Shown here: in pieces, positions 21,692 to 34,253 of the stretch
Position numbering within the stretch: the stretch's first letter is position 1
Layout: each line of letters starts with the position of its first letter
NCBI GenBank assembly: GCA_963740085.1
Contig: CAVUCU010000003.1
Location: 64,001 to 128,000, forward strand
Direction: 5' to 3'
Source of the DNA: Nitrospirota bacterium
GTDB lineage: Bacteria > Nitrospirota > UBA9217
Length of the DNA: 64,000 nt
Made by a program: the position numbers and the translations under genes
Notes under the pieces: model-generated
The model's database searches: none
Told to the model about the DNA's origin: nothing
What the model saw: only the letters and a program-made list of their open reading frames with translations

Positions 21692-21720
21692 TTCAAAGGG
21701 TTTTTCCCGGCCTGTCCTGG

Positions 21721-22410
21721 TTAACTATGACGAAGGAAACGCGGCAACTGGGCCGATGCGGTTTTAAGGCGCAGAATGAAGCGTTCTTCATAAGAGGTTA
21801 TTGTGTCGGCGGTCCCGGAGGAAGGAACAGGCGGTGTGTCAGGGCTGTAGACGAAAAGGTGAAACGCTACCGAGGTGACCGGTCGGTCGGGAAGCGGCAG
21901 CTGTTCGATTTCATTCACAAACTCGATCCACCGGTCCGCCATCCGGATTTGCAGGGCCGTATCCTGTGATGCCAAATAATCTCCCACTGTTCTTGCGGGC
22001 TCGGGCGCCAGACCGTCGCAACGGTTCCGTCCCGGCAGGACAAACCTGGACTGAATACCATCAAATACGCGACCGATCGGGAAGAGCCTGCATGCGAGCG
22101 GCCGGGCCTTATAGATGCGACAGCCCTTCTCTGTCCAGAAGTGACAGGCGGGGTCACGCGGGAGCATGACCAAAGGAAAACCATCCGCTCGTTCCGTATC
22201 GACAATGTCGAGCAGGTCCTCATAGCTCATGTTGCCTTCACTGCAGATGAGCGCGACCTCGTAGGGATTAAGGACGATGGGAGCGCCCGCCTTGCAGCAA
22301 TTCGAGTCGCAACCGCCGGTCCCGCACGACAGCTGCAGCAGATCGGTTTCCTCAAGCACCGCGGCATCGGCGCCGGCGATCCTGATTGATATTGACGGAT
22401 TATTTGACAT
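21721..22410 (-). CDS. YkgJ/FliB family cysteine-cluster protein
   Basis: CxxxxCxxxCC ... CxF ... CRIYKARPLACRLFP. Confidence 0.85.
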   Translation of the reverse strand: MSNNPSISIRIAGADAAVLEETDLLQLSCGTGGCDSNCCKAGAPIVLNPYEVALICSEGNMSYEDLLDIVDTERADGFPLVMLPRDPACHFWTEKGCRIYKARPLACRLFPIGRVFDGIQSRFVLPGRNRCDGLAPEPARTVGDYLASQDTALQIRMADRWIEFVNEIEQLPLPDRPVTSVAFHLFVYSPDTPPVPSSGTADTITSYEERFILRLKTASAQLPRFLRHS

Positions 22411-22528
22411 CAGTTTGACAAATGTATTGGACGCGAAATTTCGCGGACAAAAGCAGATACCCCTTATGCACGGGGCAGAAATTATCCACCCGCATAATAG
22501 TACGTAACGCGCCGTCTCCGTGAGGAAC

Positions 22529-22575
22529 CTCACCGCGTGAATGTGACAGGTTGCCTCTGCGTCCTCTGCGGTGAG
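22529..22575. repeat. Short inverted repeat, 9-nt-period family remnant
   Basis: ctcaccgc ... cctctgcgt cctctgcggtgag. Confidence 0.55.
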
Positions 22576-22591
22576 ATCAACAGCCCCGCCC

Positions 22592-23497
22592 TTACTTCGT
22601 GATCAATCTTCCGCCCGCCTTCGCCTGCCACACCACCAGGATGGGACTGGCGACGAACACCGACGAGTAGGTTCCCACCATCACGCCCAGGAGCAGCGCG
22701 ATCGAGAAGTCATGCAGCACCTCGCCGCCGAAAAGGACGAGTGGAATGAGCACGATGACCACGGTGAGCGAGGTAATGACGGTCCGGGACAGTACTTCGT
22801 TGAGGCTTCTGTTCACCAACTCGGGCAGTTTGTCTTTCTTGTTTCGCCTCAGATTTTCCCTGATCCGGTCGAATACCACCACCGTGTCCGTGAGCGAGTA
22901 GCCGGCGAGCGTGAGCAGAGCCGTGACGATCAGAAGGTTGATCTCCCAGTTCAGGATGTAGAAGATGCCGAGCACGGCGAGCACATCGTGCATGGTCGCA
23001 ATAGCGGCTGCCACGCCGAACTTAAACTCGAACCGGAACGCAATATAGATAATGATCGCGATCATCGAAACCGTGATAGCTACGAGCGCGTCGCGCTGCA
23101 CCGCTTTTCCGATCACCGGCCCGATCTCCATGATGCTTTCGACCTCAAAAGGATTGTTCGGGAACCCCTGTTTGAAGAGGTTCTGGATCTTGTCGGACGT
23201 CCCCTCTGACTCCCGGACCCTGATCAGGATCTTGTTCCCCTCTCCGACATGCTGGATCGAGGCTCCCACGAACCCGTTCTTATCGAGGGCGACGCGCGCT
23301 TTTTCTACCGGCATCGGTTCCTTGAAGCTGAGCTGCATCGTGGTGCCGCCCACGAAGTCGATGCCCAGGTTCGCCTTGCCCCGGCCGATCTGGATCAGAC
23401 CGACGATACCGAGAGCGATCAGCAGGGCCGAGATCGTGAATGAGATGTTCTTCCACCCCATGAAATCGATATTCGTTTTATGCAATATTTGAAGCAT
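22592..23497 (-). CDS. secF: Protein translocase subunit SecF
   Basis: LGIDFVGG, GYSLTDTVVVFDRIRE, GTYSS; SD ggagg. Confidence 0.96.
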   Translation of the reverse strand: MLQILHKTNIDFMGWKNISFTISALLIALGIVGLIQIGRGKANLGIDFVGGTTMQLSFKEPMPVEKARVALDKNGFVGASIQHVGEGNKILIRVRESEGTSDKIQNLFKQGFPNNPFEVESIMEIGPVIGKAVQRDALVAITVSMIAIIIYIAFRFEFKFGVAAAIATMHDVLAVLGIFYILNWEINLLIVTALLTLAGYSLTDTVVVFDRIRENLRRNKKDKLPELVNRSLNEVLSRTVITSLTVVIVLIPLVLFGGEVLHDFSIALLLGVMVGTYSSVFVASPILVVWQAKAGGRLITK

Positions 23498-23520
23498 TTC
23501 AACCTCCGACAAACCTTTAT

Positions 23521-23597
23521 TTTAACCACAGGGATCACAGAGAGCTCAGAGAAAAACTTTCACAAAAAAGTCCCGAACTCTGTGTCTCTGTGGTAAA
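23521..23597. repeat. Intergenic inverted repeat, 9-nt-period family
   Basis: accacaggga tcacagaga gctcagaga ... ctctgtgtctctgtggt, between secD and secF. Confidence 0.7.
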
Positions 23598-23614
23598 TCT
23601 TGATTGTTTTTTCT

Positions 23615-25186
23615 TTAAATACTGAGTTTCTCCAGCTTCCATTTCGCATTGATGATATCGAAGATCACCTTGGTGCCCACGAGGGCGGAATACAGGTTGA
23701 TGATGATGCCGAGGCTGAGTGTCACCGCAAATCCCTTAATGGCTCCCGTGCCGAACAGGAACAGCGCCGCCGCCGTAATAAGGGTGGTCACGTGCGAGTC
23801 AAGGATCGTGAGGAACGCCTTATCGTATCCCGAGTCGACCGCGGGCCTCGGTTGTTTGCCGGCGCGGATCTCCTCTCGAATGCGCTCGAACATCAGCACG
23901 TTCGAGTCCACCCCCATGCCTATGGTGAGGATGATGCCCGCAATGCCCGGCAGCGTGAGCGTGGCATTCAAAAGCGCCATGGCGCCCAGAAGAAGGACCA
24001 TGTTCAGGACCACGGCGTAGTCCGCGATGAGCCCCGACATCCGGTAATAAACGACCATGAAAATGACCACGAACAGACCGCCGAACAGCGCGGCCCGAAC
24101 GCCTTTGTCGATGGAATCCTGTCCGAGAGACGGACCGACGGTCACGTTCTGCACGATCTTCATGGGCGCCGGAAGGGATTCACGCAGCACGATCGCGAGC
24201 TTCGCGGCTTCGTCGTGAGTAAAGTTTCCGGTGATCTGGGCGTTCCCGCCGCTGATCCGGTCCTGGATCCGCGGGGCGGAGTACACCACCCCGTCAAGTA
24301 CGATGGCGAGCTGCTTGCCGACGTTGTCGCCGGTGACGCGGTCGAATATCTTCGCTCCTTCGTTATCAAATGAAATAGAGATCGCCGGCTTGTTAAATTG
24401 GTCAATGCCGACCTTGGCCTCTTTCAAGCGGTCGCCGGTCAGGAGTGTCTGACTATATACAAGGTACGGTCGTTTGTTGACCTTCCCGCTCTCGTCAACG
24501 TCTTCACCGTAAAGCACTTCGCTGTCAGCAGGAACCTGGCCGGCCAGCGCCTTCTGCAGGTCACCCGTAGTGTTCAGAAGCTTGAACTCCAGCCTGCCGG
24601 CGGTCTTGATGAACGCGATCGCCTCCTGCGGGTTTTTCACGCCCGGAAGCTGCAGCGCGATCTGATCGTTCTCCTGCCGGTAAATGGCTGGTTCGGCCAC
24701 ACCGTACTTGTCCACCCTCCGACGGGTGCGATCGAGCGCCTGCGTCACGGCCCACTCCTTGAGCCGCCTGACCTCGGCCGCCTTCAAGGCGTAGACCAGC
24801 TCTCCCTTGGCCCGGTTCTTTATCTCCACGATGGCATAGTTGTCCTTTACGAGCTTCTCGACCTTATCGGCAAGTGAATCGTCGAATTTTGCGGTGATGT
24901 CCTGTCCCGTTCTGCTGAAGACCGCCGCGAGTTTCTCCGACGACGCCGAGGTCTGGAGGTCGGCCACGATATTGTCCACGGACGACTCCACTGCCTTGGC
25001 AGTGTCCACCTCCATAACGAGGTGGCTCCCGCCCCTGAGATCAAGTCCCAGCGAGATCTTGGGCACGCTCTGCCTCCACCAGTCCGGCAGCCCGGATGAC
25101 AATGGCGTTGACGGTACGAACAAAAACAGCGCGATAGCGACGGACAGGGCGATGAGCGCCACTCTCCATTGAATACTCTTCTTCAT
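23615..25186 (-). CDS. secD: Protein translocase subunit SecD
   Basis: LGLDLRGG, GPSLG, LTLPGIAG, GMGVDSNVLMFERIRE. Confidence 0.97.
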   Translation of the reverse strand: MKKSIQWRVALIALSVAIALFLFVPSTPLSSGLPDWWRQSVPKISLGLDLRGGSHLVMEVDTAKAVESSVDNIVADLQTSASSEKLAAVFSRTGQDITAKFDDSLADKVEKLVKDNYAIVEIKNRAKGELVYALKAAEVRRLKEWAVTQALDRTRRRVDKYGVAEPAIYRQENDQIALQLPGVKNPQEAIAFIKTAGRLEFKLLNTTGDLQKALAGQVPADSEVLYGEDVDESGKVNKRPYLVYSQTLLTGDRLKEAKVGIDQFNKPAISISFDNEGAKIFDRVTGDNVGKQLAIVLDGVVYSAPRIQDRISGGNAQITGNFTHDEAAKLAIVLRESLPAPMKIVQNVTVGPSLGQDSIDKGVRAALFGGLFVVIFMVVYYRMSGLIADYAVVLNMVLLLGAMALLNATLTLPGIAGIILTIGMGVDSNVLMFERIREEIRAGKQPRPAVDSGYDKAFLTILDSHVTTLITAAALFLFGTGAIKGFAVTLSLGIIINLYSALVGTKVIFDIINAKWKLEKLSI

Positions 25187-25208
25187 TCAAACACCTCCTC
25201 AAAAGATC

Positions 25209-25310
25209 AATGCAAACTGAAAATCTTCAAAATGCAAATTGCAAATTGTATCGGCTTTTCCTTATACTGTTTTTCACTTTGCATTATACATTTTGCATTT
25301 TGTCTTAATT
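25209..25310. repeat. Heptamer-array inverted repeat (AATGCAA type), no internal ORF
   Basis: aatgcaa/actgaaa/aatgcaa/attgcaa ... ttgcatt/atacatt/ttgcatt/ttgtctt. Confidence 0.75.
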
Positions 25311-25311
25311 T

Positions 25312-25647
25312 CTACTTTTTCCCTTCCTCCGGCTTCACGACATCTCCCACCGATCCCCGGGTGATCTTCACCTTGACGCCTTCGGCGATCTTGACGGTGA
25401 GGGTATCGGCGTTCACCCCCTCGACCGTACCGTAGATGCCGCCGGCCGTGACGACCTCGTCGCCTTTTTTGATCGCTTCCAGCATCGCCTTATGCTCCTT
25501 CATCTTCTTCTGTTGCGGACGGATCATGATGAAATAGAAAATGGCGAAGATCACGACCATCATGATGATTCCCTGATACCCGCCGCCTCCCTGGGCCGCC
25601 GCATTGCCTCCTGGTGCTCCCATTGCGTAAGCTGTTGCGATAAACAT
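25312..25647 (-). CDS. yajC: Preprotein translocase subunit YajC
   Basis: FYFIMIRPQQKK, GDEVVTAGGIYG. Confidence 0.96.
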   Translation of the reverse strand: MFIATAYAMGAPGGNAAAQGGGGYQGIIMMVVIFAIFYFIMIRPQQKKMKEHKAMLEAIKKGDEVVTAGGIYGTVEGVNADTLTVKIAEGVKVKITRGSVGDVVKPEEGKK

Positions 25648-25681
25648 GTCTACCTCCTCAATAATATAATTACTATTTCAA

Positions 25682-28635
<2,954 letters not shown>

Positions 28636-28645
28636 GAATTATTTT

Positions 28646-28725
28646 TCCTCAACCCTGACCTTCTCCCCGCCGGAGCGAGGGTATACCTTCCTCTCCCCCA
28701 GGGGAGAGGTCCGAGGTGAGGGGGA
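28646..28725. repeat. REP-like cruciform repeat (degenerate copy)
   Basis: cctcaaccctgaccttctcccc ... cctctcccc-ca-ggggagagg ... ggtgagggg. Confidence 0.6.
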
Positions 28726-28885
28726 ACCGAGCTTCCGACATCAGATCATGAATTACCCGTGAAATAGGCAATTCCGTTGCATTACAAGCAAGAAAGTATA
28801 TCGTATCTTCAAAAAAAGTCAATAAAATAATCCCTTTACTTAGCAAAATCGGTGTGGTATTTTATTATCAGAGGAGTAAATAAGT

Positions 28886-29341
28886 ATGTGGGTCCAGATG
28901 AATGTAAATACCATCCTCTTTGACAGCAGGAACAGCAGTTATATCGTCGTGCTGAAAGATGAAACAGGAAAGAAGATCCTGCCGATCTGGATCGGGGCCG
29001 CGGAGGGAAACTCCATTGCCTTGGCCCTGAGCAACGTCAAACCTGCCCGTCCCCTCACCCATGATCTCATCGTCAGTATCTTCGACCGCCTGGAGGTCGA
29101 GATCGCCCGTGTGGTCATCAGCGACCTTATCGAGAATACGTTCTACGCATCACTTTATCTTCTGCACAATAACAAGGAGTTCCATATCGATTCCCGACCC
29201 AGCGACGCCATCGCAGTCGCAATCCGGATCAATGCACCGGTGTTTGTGGAAGAGGAAGTGATAGCCAAGCAGGATTCGACGACGCTCGACACCTGGATGA
29301 AGAACCTCGGAGAGAGCGGCGGGACGGAATATAACGCGTAA
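28886..29341 (+). CDS. Bifunctional nuclease family protein (DUF151)
   Basis: LPIWIG, RPLTHDL, IDSRPSDAIAVA. Confidence 0.92.
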   Translation: MWVQMNVNTILFDSRNSSYIVVLKDETGKKILPIWIGAAEGNSIALALSNVKPARPLTHDLIVSIFDRLEVEIARVVISDLIENTFYASLYLLHNNKEFHIDSRPSDAIAVAIRINAPVFVEEEVIAKQDSTTLDTWMKNLGESGGTEYNA

Positions 29342-29348
29342 GTAAAGC

Positions 29349-29443
29349 AATGCAAAATTCAAAATGCAAATGGTAAAATGCAAAATCCAATGAGTGCACA
29401 GCTTTTCCTTCCCTTTTGCACTTTTCATTTTGCATTTTGACTT
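29349..29443. repeat. Heptamer-array inverted repeat (AATGCAA type), no internal ORF
   Basis: aatgcaa aattcaa aatgcaa atggtaa aatgcaa aatccaa ... ttgcact tttcatt ttgcatt ttgactt. Confidence 0.8.
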
Positions 29444-29455
29444 GTCTTCATATCT

Positions 29456-30055
29456 TCATATTCCCCACCTTGGCGCCAGATCGTTCTCGACCCCCATACT
29501 GTCCAGTACCCGTCCCGCAATGAAGTCCACCATGTCAGAAATATGCTCTGGGTGATGATAGAATGCGGGCATGGCCGGGATAATATGGCAACCAAGTTCG
29601 GCCAGGGTGAGCATGTTCCTGAGATGGATGGCCGAAAGCGGCGTCTCGCGCGGCACGAGGATCAGTTTTCGTTTCTCCTTGATCATGACGTCCGCAGCGC
29701 GCTGAATAAGGTTCGAGGCGAAGCCATGCGCGATCGCCGCCAGCGTCTTCATGGAACAGGGTACCACGACCATGGCGTCCACCTTGACCGACCCGCTCGC
29801 GATTGTCGCGTACATGTAATCTTCGTCAAAGTACGTGATCTGCCCTTCTTTGGCCCCGAAGTGCTTCTCAATCTCGAATTGAACATCGGTCTCCGAGCCT
29901 TTAAGTTTGAGTTCCGTTTCATCGTGCAGGATGGACAAACCGTCACCGGAAATACAAATGAAGATATTGTGGCCTTTTTTAATGAGAACCTGAAGCACCC
30001 GGTAGGCGTAAGGTGCGCCTGACGCCCCACTGATCGCTACCGTATACGTTGACAT
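29456..30055 (-). CDS. ubiX: Flavin prenyltransferase
   Basis: ISGASGA, IASGS, PCSMKTLA, RAADVxxKE, VPRETPL, PAFY. Confidence 0.95.
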   Translation of the reverse strand: MSTYTVAISGASGAPYAYRVLQVLIKKGHNIFICISGDGLSILHDETELKLKGSETDVQFEIEKHFGAKEGQITYFDEDYMYATIASGSVKVDAMVVVPCSMKTLAAIAHGFASNLIQRAADVMIKEKRKLILVPRETPLSAIHLRNMLTLAELGCHIIPAMPAFYHHPEHISDMVDFIAGRVLDSMGVENDLAPRWGI

Positions 30056-30128
30056 GCGTGTTACCCCCTTTTTTGAGCTCTGCGGGTGCGGCACGCGTCG
30101 CCCATTGAATTCAGAATACAAACATCAT

Positions 30129-30707
30129 TCAAAGCACAAAAGGAATGAACATCTTCGTTCGCTTCATATAGTCTCCATAGGGAACGCCGAAAAACTCCCT
30201 GTTCTCCCTCTCTTCCACCTTTGCCGCCACGACCAGGTTGAAGGTCACGATGACGGCCAGCAAGGCTGCCAACCAGGACGGGGCCTTCAAAAAAACACCC
30301 CACGTCAGCAGGAGGAGCGAGGTAATAAGTGGATGGCGGATGTGCTTATATGCCCCCACCGTGACCAGTACGGTCGTTTTCTCGATCCAGAAAAGGGCAG
30401 GATCTCTCCGTCGGTCGTCTGGCTTCCCCGCCTTCCGCAACAGCAGAAATCCGTCGATCGCCAAAAACAGGGAAACGGCCAGACACGACTCGGCGATGAT
30501 CTGACGCAAACTGGACGGTCTGTATATCCAATGCTGGACATCAAGATGCAATAAAATAAGAATTGAAAGGACTTCCCATGCGAAGAACCGGTAAAAGCCA
30601 TGAAATCGAAAACTGCGCAAGGGCACGCGCGAAACGCGTACCATGCCGGCCGACGCAATGATGAAAAGCCCGATTTTGAACGATATCTCCATAATTCGAT
30701 ATCTCAT
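30129..30707 (-). CDS. Isoprenylcysteine carboxylmethyltransferase/PEMT-like membrane protein
   Basis: LVTVGAYKHIRHP, EE..., YMKRTKMFIPF. Confidence 0.8.
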   Translation of the reverse strand: MRYRIMEISFKIGLFIIASAGMVRVSRVPLRSFRFHGFYRFFAWEVLSILILLHLDVQHWIYRPSSLRQIIAESCLAVSLFLAIDGFLLLRKAGKPDDRRRDPALFWIEKTTVLVTVGAYKHIRHPLITSLLLLTWGVFLKAPSWLAALLAVIVTFNLVVAAKVEERENREFFGVPYGDYMKRTKMFIPFVL

Positions 30708-30710
30708 CTC

Positions 30711-31958
30711 CTAATTGTTTGTCATCTGGGTCCGCGGTCCGCCGACAGACAGAGCCGACAGCATCACGCCCGCCAGCATCGCCAATCCCGCGCCCATGCC
30801 GAATGCCGCGGCCGCGCCGAACTTCTGCCAGACCAGGCCAAAGAGCAGCGAGGCGGGAAACGCGCCGAAACCGACGGCAAGATGATAGAGGCCGAAGGCG
30901 GAGCCGCGCAAATGCGACGGCGCAAAGTCAGCAACAAGCGCCTTCTCCACCCCTTCGGTCAAACCGAAGTATATCCCGTACACCATGAACAAAGCCCACA
31001 CATGCCACTGAGTGCTTGCTAACGCAAACCCCCCATAGACCAGCGCGTACACGATCCATCCCGCGATGATCACTTTCTTTCTGCCGATACGGTCCGACAG
31101 GATTCCGCCCGGGACCGAGAACCCCATTTTGACCACATGGAGCGCCACCCAGATCGAGGGCAAAAGCGTTATCGGCACTCCAAGCTGCTGGGCGCGCAGG
31201 AGCAGAAACGCGTCCGCTGAATTTCCAAGCGTGAAGGCCAGGACGATCGCGAGGTATTTTCGAAATCCCGCAGGCATTTGGGCCCACGCGGCCCGGAAAT
31301 TGAACCCGCTCGACGGAACTTGCCGCTGCCCGTCCGCAGGGCTTTCCTTCAAACCGGCAAAGAGGAGGAACACTGCCAGGAGGCCGGGGATGAACGATAG
31401 AAGAAAAATGGTCTTGAGGTTCTCCTGCGGAGTACCATGGAGAAGCAGAAGCAGGCCGGTCGCAAGGAGCGGGCCGATTATTGCTCCCCCGTTGTCCATC
31501 GCCCGGTGGAACCCGTAGGCCATGCCCCGGAACTCAGTCGGTGTCGAGTCAGCGATGATCGCATCGCGCGGCGATGTGCGCAGCCCCTTACCTACACGGT
31601 CGGAGAAACGGAGCGCCAGCACCTGGGGCCATGAAGAGGCAACGGCAATGAGCGGCCGGATCACGTTGGAGATGGAATAACCGGCAACGATCCAGCCTTT
31701 CCGCCGTTTCACCCGGTCCGAAAAGTAGCCGGAGGTGAGCTTCAGAAACGATGCCGTGGATTCGGCGATCCCTTCGATGATCCCGAGCGCCGCTGGCCCC
31801 GCGCCGAGCACGGCGGTGAGAAAGACCGGCAGGAGCGGGTAGATCATTTCCGATGCACCGTCGTTCAGAAGGCTGACGAATCCGAGTATAACGACGTTTC
31901 TGGTAAGGCCCTTTCGCCAGGGGGGCCGCGTTGGTTCCGTTTTAGTCATCGCAGACAT
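30711..31958 (-). CDS. MFS transporter
   Basis: About 12 TM helices, DRVGKGLRTSPRDA, GFHRAMD. Confidence 0.9.
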   Translation of the reverse strand: MSAMTKTEPTRPPWRKGLTRNVVILGFVSLLNDGASEMIYPLLPVFLTAVLGAGPAALGIIEGIAESTASFLKLTSGYFSDRVKRRKGWIVAGYSISNVIRPLIAVASSWPQVLALRFSDRVGKGLRTSPRDAIIADSTPTEFRGMAYGFHRAMDNGGAIIGPLLATGLLLLLHGTPQENLKTIFLLSFIPGLLAVFLLFAGLKESPADGQRQVPSSGFNFRAAWAQMPAGFRKYLAIVLAFTLGNSADAFLLLRAQQLGVPITLLPSIWVALHVVKMGFSVPGGILSDRIGRKKVIIAGWIVYALVYGGFALASTQWHVWALFMVYGIYFGLTEGVEKALVADFAPSHLRGSAFGLYHLAVGFGAFPASLLFGLVWQKFGAAAAFGMGAGLAMLAGVMLSALSVGGPRTQMTNN

Positions 31959-32142
31959 AATGAGTGCTGACTTTACCCGATTTGGGACATTTTTTCAATA
32001 ACCATGTTCAGCCTGCAAAAAAAAGTCATGGGGCGTTCCCGGTCATTTACCGGCATAAAAAATCTTGCTTCTTTTTATCAGTTGCTATAAACTAAGCGGC
32101 GTTGGGTCTGAACTATTCTCTATGTCGGGGAGGAATATTCTT

Positions 32143-32589
32143 ATGCCGGAAGTGGTGCTGGTCTCGAACGTTGAGAAAATGGACAAACTCAGGGTCTATT
32201 TGGAGGAGTCGTTCAAGAAGTCCCGGTATTCCGAGATAACGCAGGCCATCGGCATGCACTCCCTTCTCATCGATCCTCAGCATACCATGAAAGACCAGGC
32301 GCGTCTTTATCACAGTATCCTGAACATGATAAAGGAGAGGATCAGCAGCAGCAAAGGCAAAAGCTACGGGGCCTGGTATACTGCATTTCCATCGCTCATG
32401 GATAAGCTGGTGGCATCAAAACGGGTAGTGACCGACAGTGCATCCCTTGACGTCATAACAGACCATTGCAACGCCTATGGACCATTCAAGTCTGTTGACG
32501 ACTTTTTCTTCTGGGCCCTCGATGATCGCCGGCTGACCCTGGACCAGATCGTTAAGTATCTTGAGACGACCGCTGAGATGCAGCGGTAA
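32143..32589 (+). CDS. Hypothetical protein
   Basis: ATG with SD ggagg; fills the intergenic gap. Confidence 0.6.
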   Translation: MPEVVLVSNVEKMDKLRVYLEESFKKSRYSEITQAIGMHSLLIDPQHTMKDQARLYHSILNMIKERISSSKGKSYGAWYTAFPSLMDKLVASKRVVTDSASLDVITDHCNAYGPFKSVDDFFFWALDDRRLTLDQIVKYLETTAEMQR

Positions 32590-32598
32590 ATCGATTTG

Positions 32599-33032
32599 AA
32601 TTCAAAATGCAAAATGAAAAATGCAAAATGACAAACGAAACCTTTCGGAACGGCTGTTGAATTTTGGGGCGAGCATTATTCAGCTGGCTGTCAAACTCAG
32701 CAAAACAGCAGTTGGGAGGCATATTGGATTCCAATTAATGAGGTCAGCGACTTCTTCCGGCGCCAATTACGAAGAGGCATGCGGTGCTGAAAGCAGGGCA
32801 GATTTCATACACAAGATGCAGCTTGTTTTGAAGGAACTACGGGAATCATACTTCTGGTTGAAACTCATAAAAAAAGCTGATTTAATCCCTCTTGACAATG
32901 TGCAACCCTCCTTGACTGAAGCCGAAGAGCTCGTTAAAATTTTTTCAAAGTCCGTCGTTACTGCAAAGGGAAAAAAGAAATAGTTTAATTTTACCTTCTG
33001 AATTTTGAATTTTGCATTTTGCATTTAACCTT
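32599..33032. mobile_element. Putative element: four-helix-bundle gene bracketed by inverted heptamer arrays
   Basis: Left arm 32599-32633 (aattcaa aatgcaa aatgaaa aatgcaa aatgaca); right arm 32984-33032 (ctgaatt ttgaatt ttgcatt ttgcatt); interior visibly AT-richer than neighbours. Confidence 0.55.
32621..32983 (+). CDS. Four helix bundle protein (23S rRNA IVS protein / Avd-like family)
   Basis: QLMRSATSSGANYEEA, SRADFIHK, LKELRESYFWL. Confidence 0.92.
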   Translation: MQNDKRNLSERLLNFGASIIQLAVKLSKTAVGRHIGFQLMRSATSSGANYEEACGAESRADFIHKMQLVLKELRESYFWLKLIKKADLIPLDNVQPSLTEAEELVKIFSKSVVTAKGKKK

Positions 33033-34049
33033 GATCTGTTCCACAACCGCATCAACCGTTATCTCCTTCATGCAGTGAACACCGATCTCACATTTCCTCC
33101 GAAAACACGGCGAACAGGCTATCCCCGTGCGTACAACGACATGCGATGGCCCGTAAGGTCCGGTCCGCCACGGTGCGGTAGGGCCGAACAAAGCCAGTAC
33201 CTTGCCCCCTGCCGCGGCCGCAAGATGCATAGGTCCGGTGTCGGTGGTGATGAAGAGGTCGGCAAGGGACGCGAGGGCAGCCAATTCCTTGAGCGTGGTC
33301 TCCCCTGCCCAATTCATCGCTGTTTCGCCCATCAGTGCAATGATCCGGTCATTGACAGCCCGGTCTTCGGGACTCCCCGTAAAAATAACCACGGCATTTT
33401 TCTCCTTCACCAACCGGTCGGCCAGTTCGGCGAATCTCCTCTCGGGCCAGAGCTTTGTTTTCCACCGCGCAACCGGATTCATTGCGACAAGCGGCCTGTC
33501 CTGCAGATTCATGCCTTCGATCTTTTTTCTGATTACCGAGACCTCGCGTTCGATGGGAAGTGAACACGCGGGAGAAGGGGCACTGGCTCCGAGATAGCGC
33601 GCCACATCGAGATACCGCAGAAGGGCGTGTTTCTCGATATCATAAGCAGGCAGGCGCTCGTTCAGGAAAAGATATGAAAGCTCGCGCGTCCTGTCAAAAC
33701 CTATCTTGCGGGTCGCGCGGGAAAGACCGATAAGGATGCCGCTCTTTAAAAGCCCCTGGAAGTCGATGGCGATGTCGTAGCGTACGCTCCGCAGTCCCCG
33801 GATGAACCGGAGGATATCACCGAGCCCCCTGATTGCCGTGAACGGGTTCCGGAGATCCCTCATCCAGGCCTTCCGTCGCGAGACCAGCAACCGATCGATG
33901 AGGGGATGGCCTTCAAGGATGCCTGCGGCGGCCTCTTCGACAACCCACGTGACCTGACTGTCAGGATAGAGTTTCTTGATCGCCTCAAGCGCGGGCAGCG
34001 TCTGCACCACGTCGCCGATGGCGGAAAGTTTGATGAACAGTATTTTCAT
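32991..34049 (-). CDS. LPS heptosyltransferase (GT9, WaaC/WaaF-like)
   Basis: IKLSAIGDVV, DFQGLLKS, KLWP, DTGPMHLAAA, LFGPT. Confidence 0.92.
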   Translation of the reverse strand: MKILFIKLSAIGDVVQTLPALEAIKKLYPDSQVTWVVEEAAAGILEGHPLIDRLLVSRRKAWMRDLRNPFTAIRGLGDILRFIRGLRSVRYDIAIDFQGLLKSGILIGLSRATRKIGFDRTRELSYLFLNERLPAYDIEKHALLRYLDVARYLGASAPSPACSLPIEREVSVIRKKIEGMNLQDRPLVAMNPVARWKTKLWPERRFAELADRLVKEKNAVVIFTGSPEDRAVNDRIIALMGETAMNWAGETTLKELAALASLADLFITTDTGPMHLAAAAGGKVLALFGPTAPWRTGPYGPSHVVVRTGIACSPCFRRKCEIGVHCMKEITVDAVVEQIKVKCKMQNSKFRR

Positions 34050-34176
34050 AGACTCCATGTGCCGATAATCATAATCCCTACCATGGATACAGTCAACCAA
34101 GAAACGCCTGTGACTTGAAGATATGACCTGTCGCTGTAAATGAAACCCGCCATCGGCACAATACCTTTGGCTCCAT

Positions 34177-34216
34177 AAAAAAAGAAGCAATCCCCTTCCT
34201 TTCGAGGATTGCTTCT
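34177..34216 (-). terminator. Rho-independent terminator after the FadL-like gene
   Basis: agaagcaatcc/ggattgcttct stem followed by a T tract on the minus strand. Confidence 0.75.
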
Positions 34217-34253
34217 CTGTGTCTGGATCAGATGATGATAAATCAACTACATG

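Noticed and set aside
32621-32983. Diversity-generating retroelement (Avd-like gene)
   Set aside because: No reverse transcriptase or TR/VR repeat pair was seen in the window.
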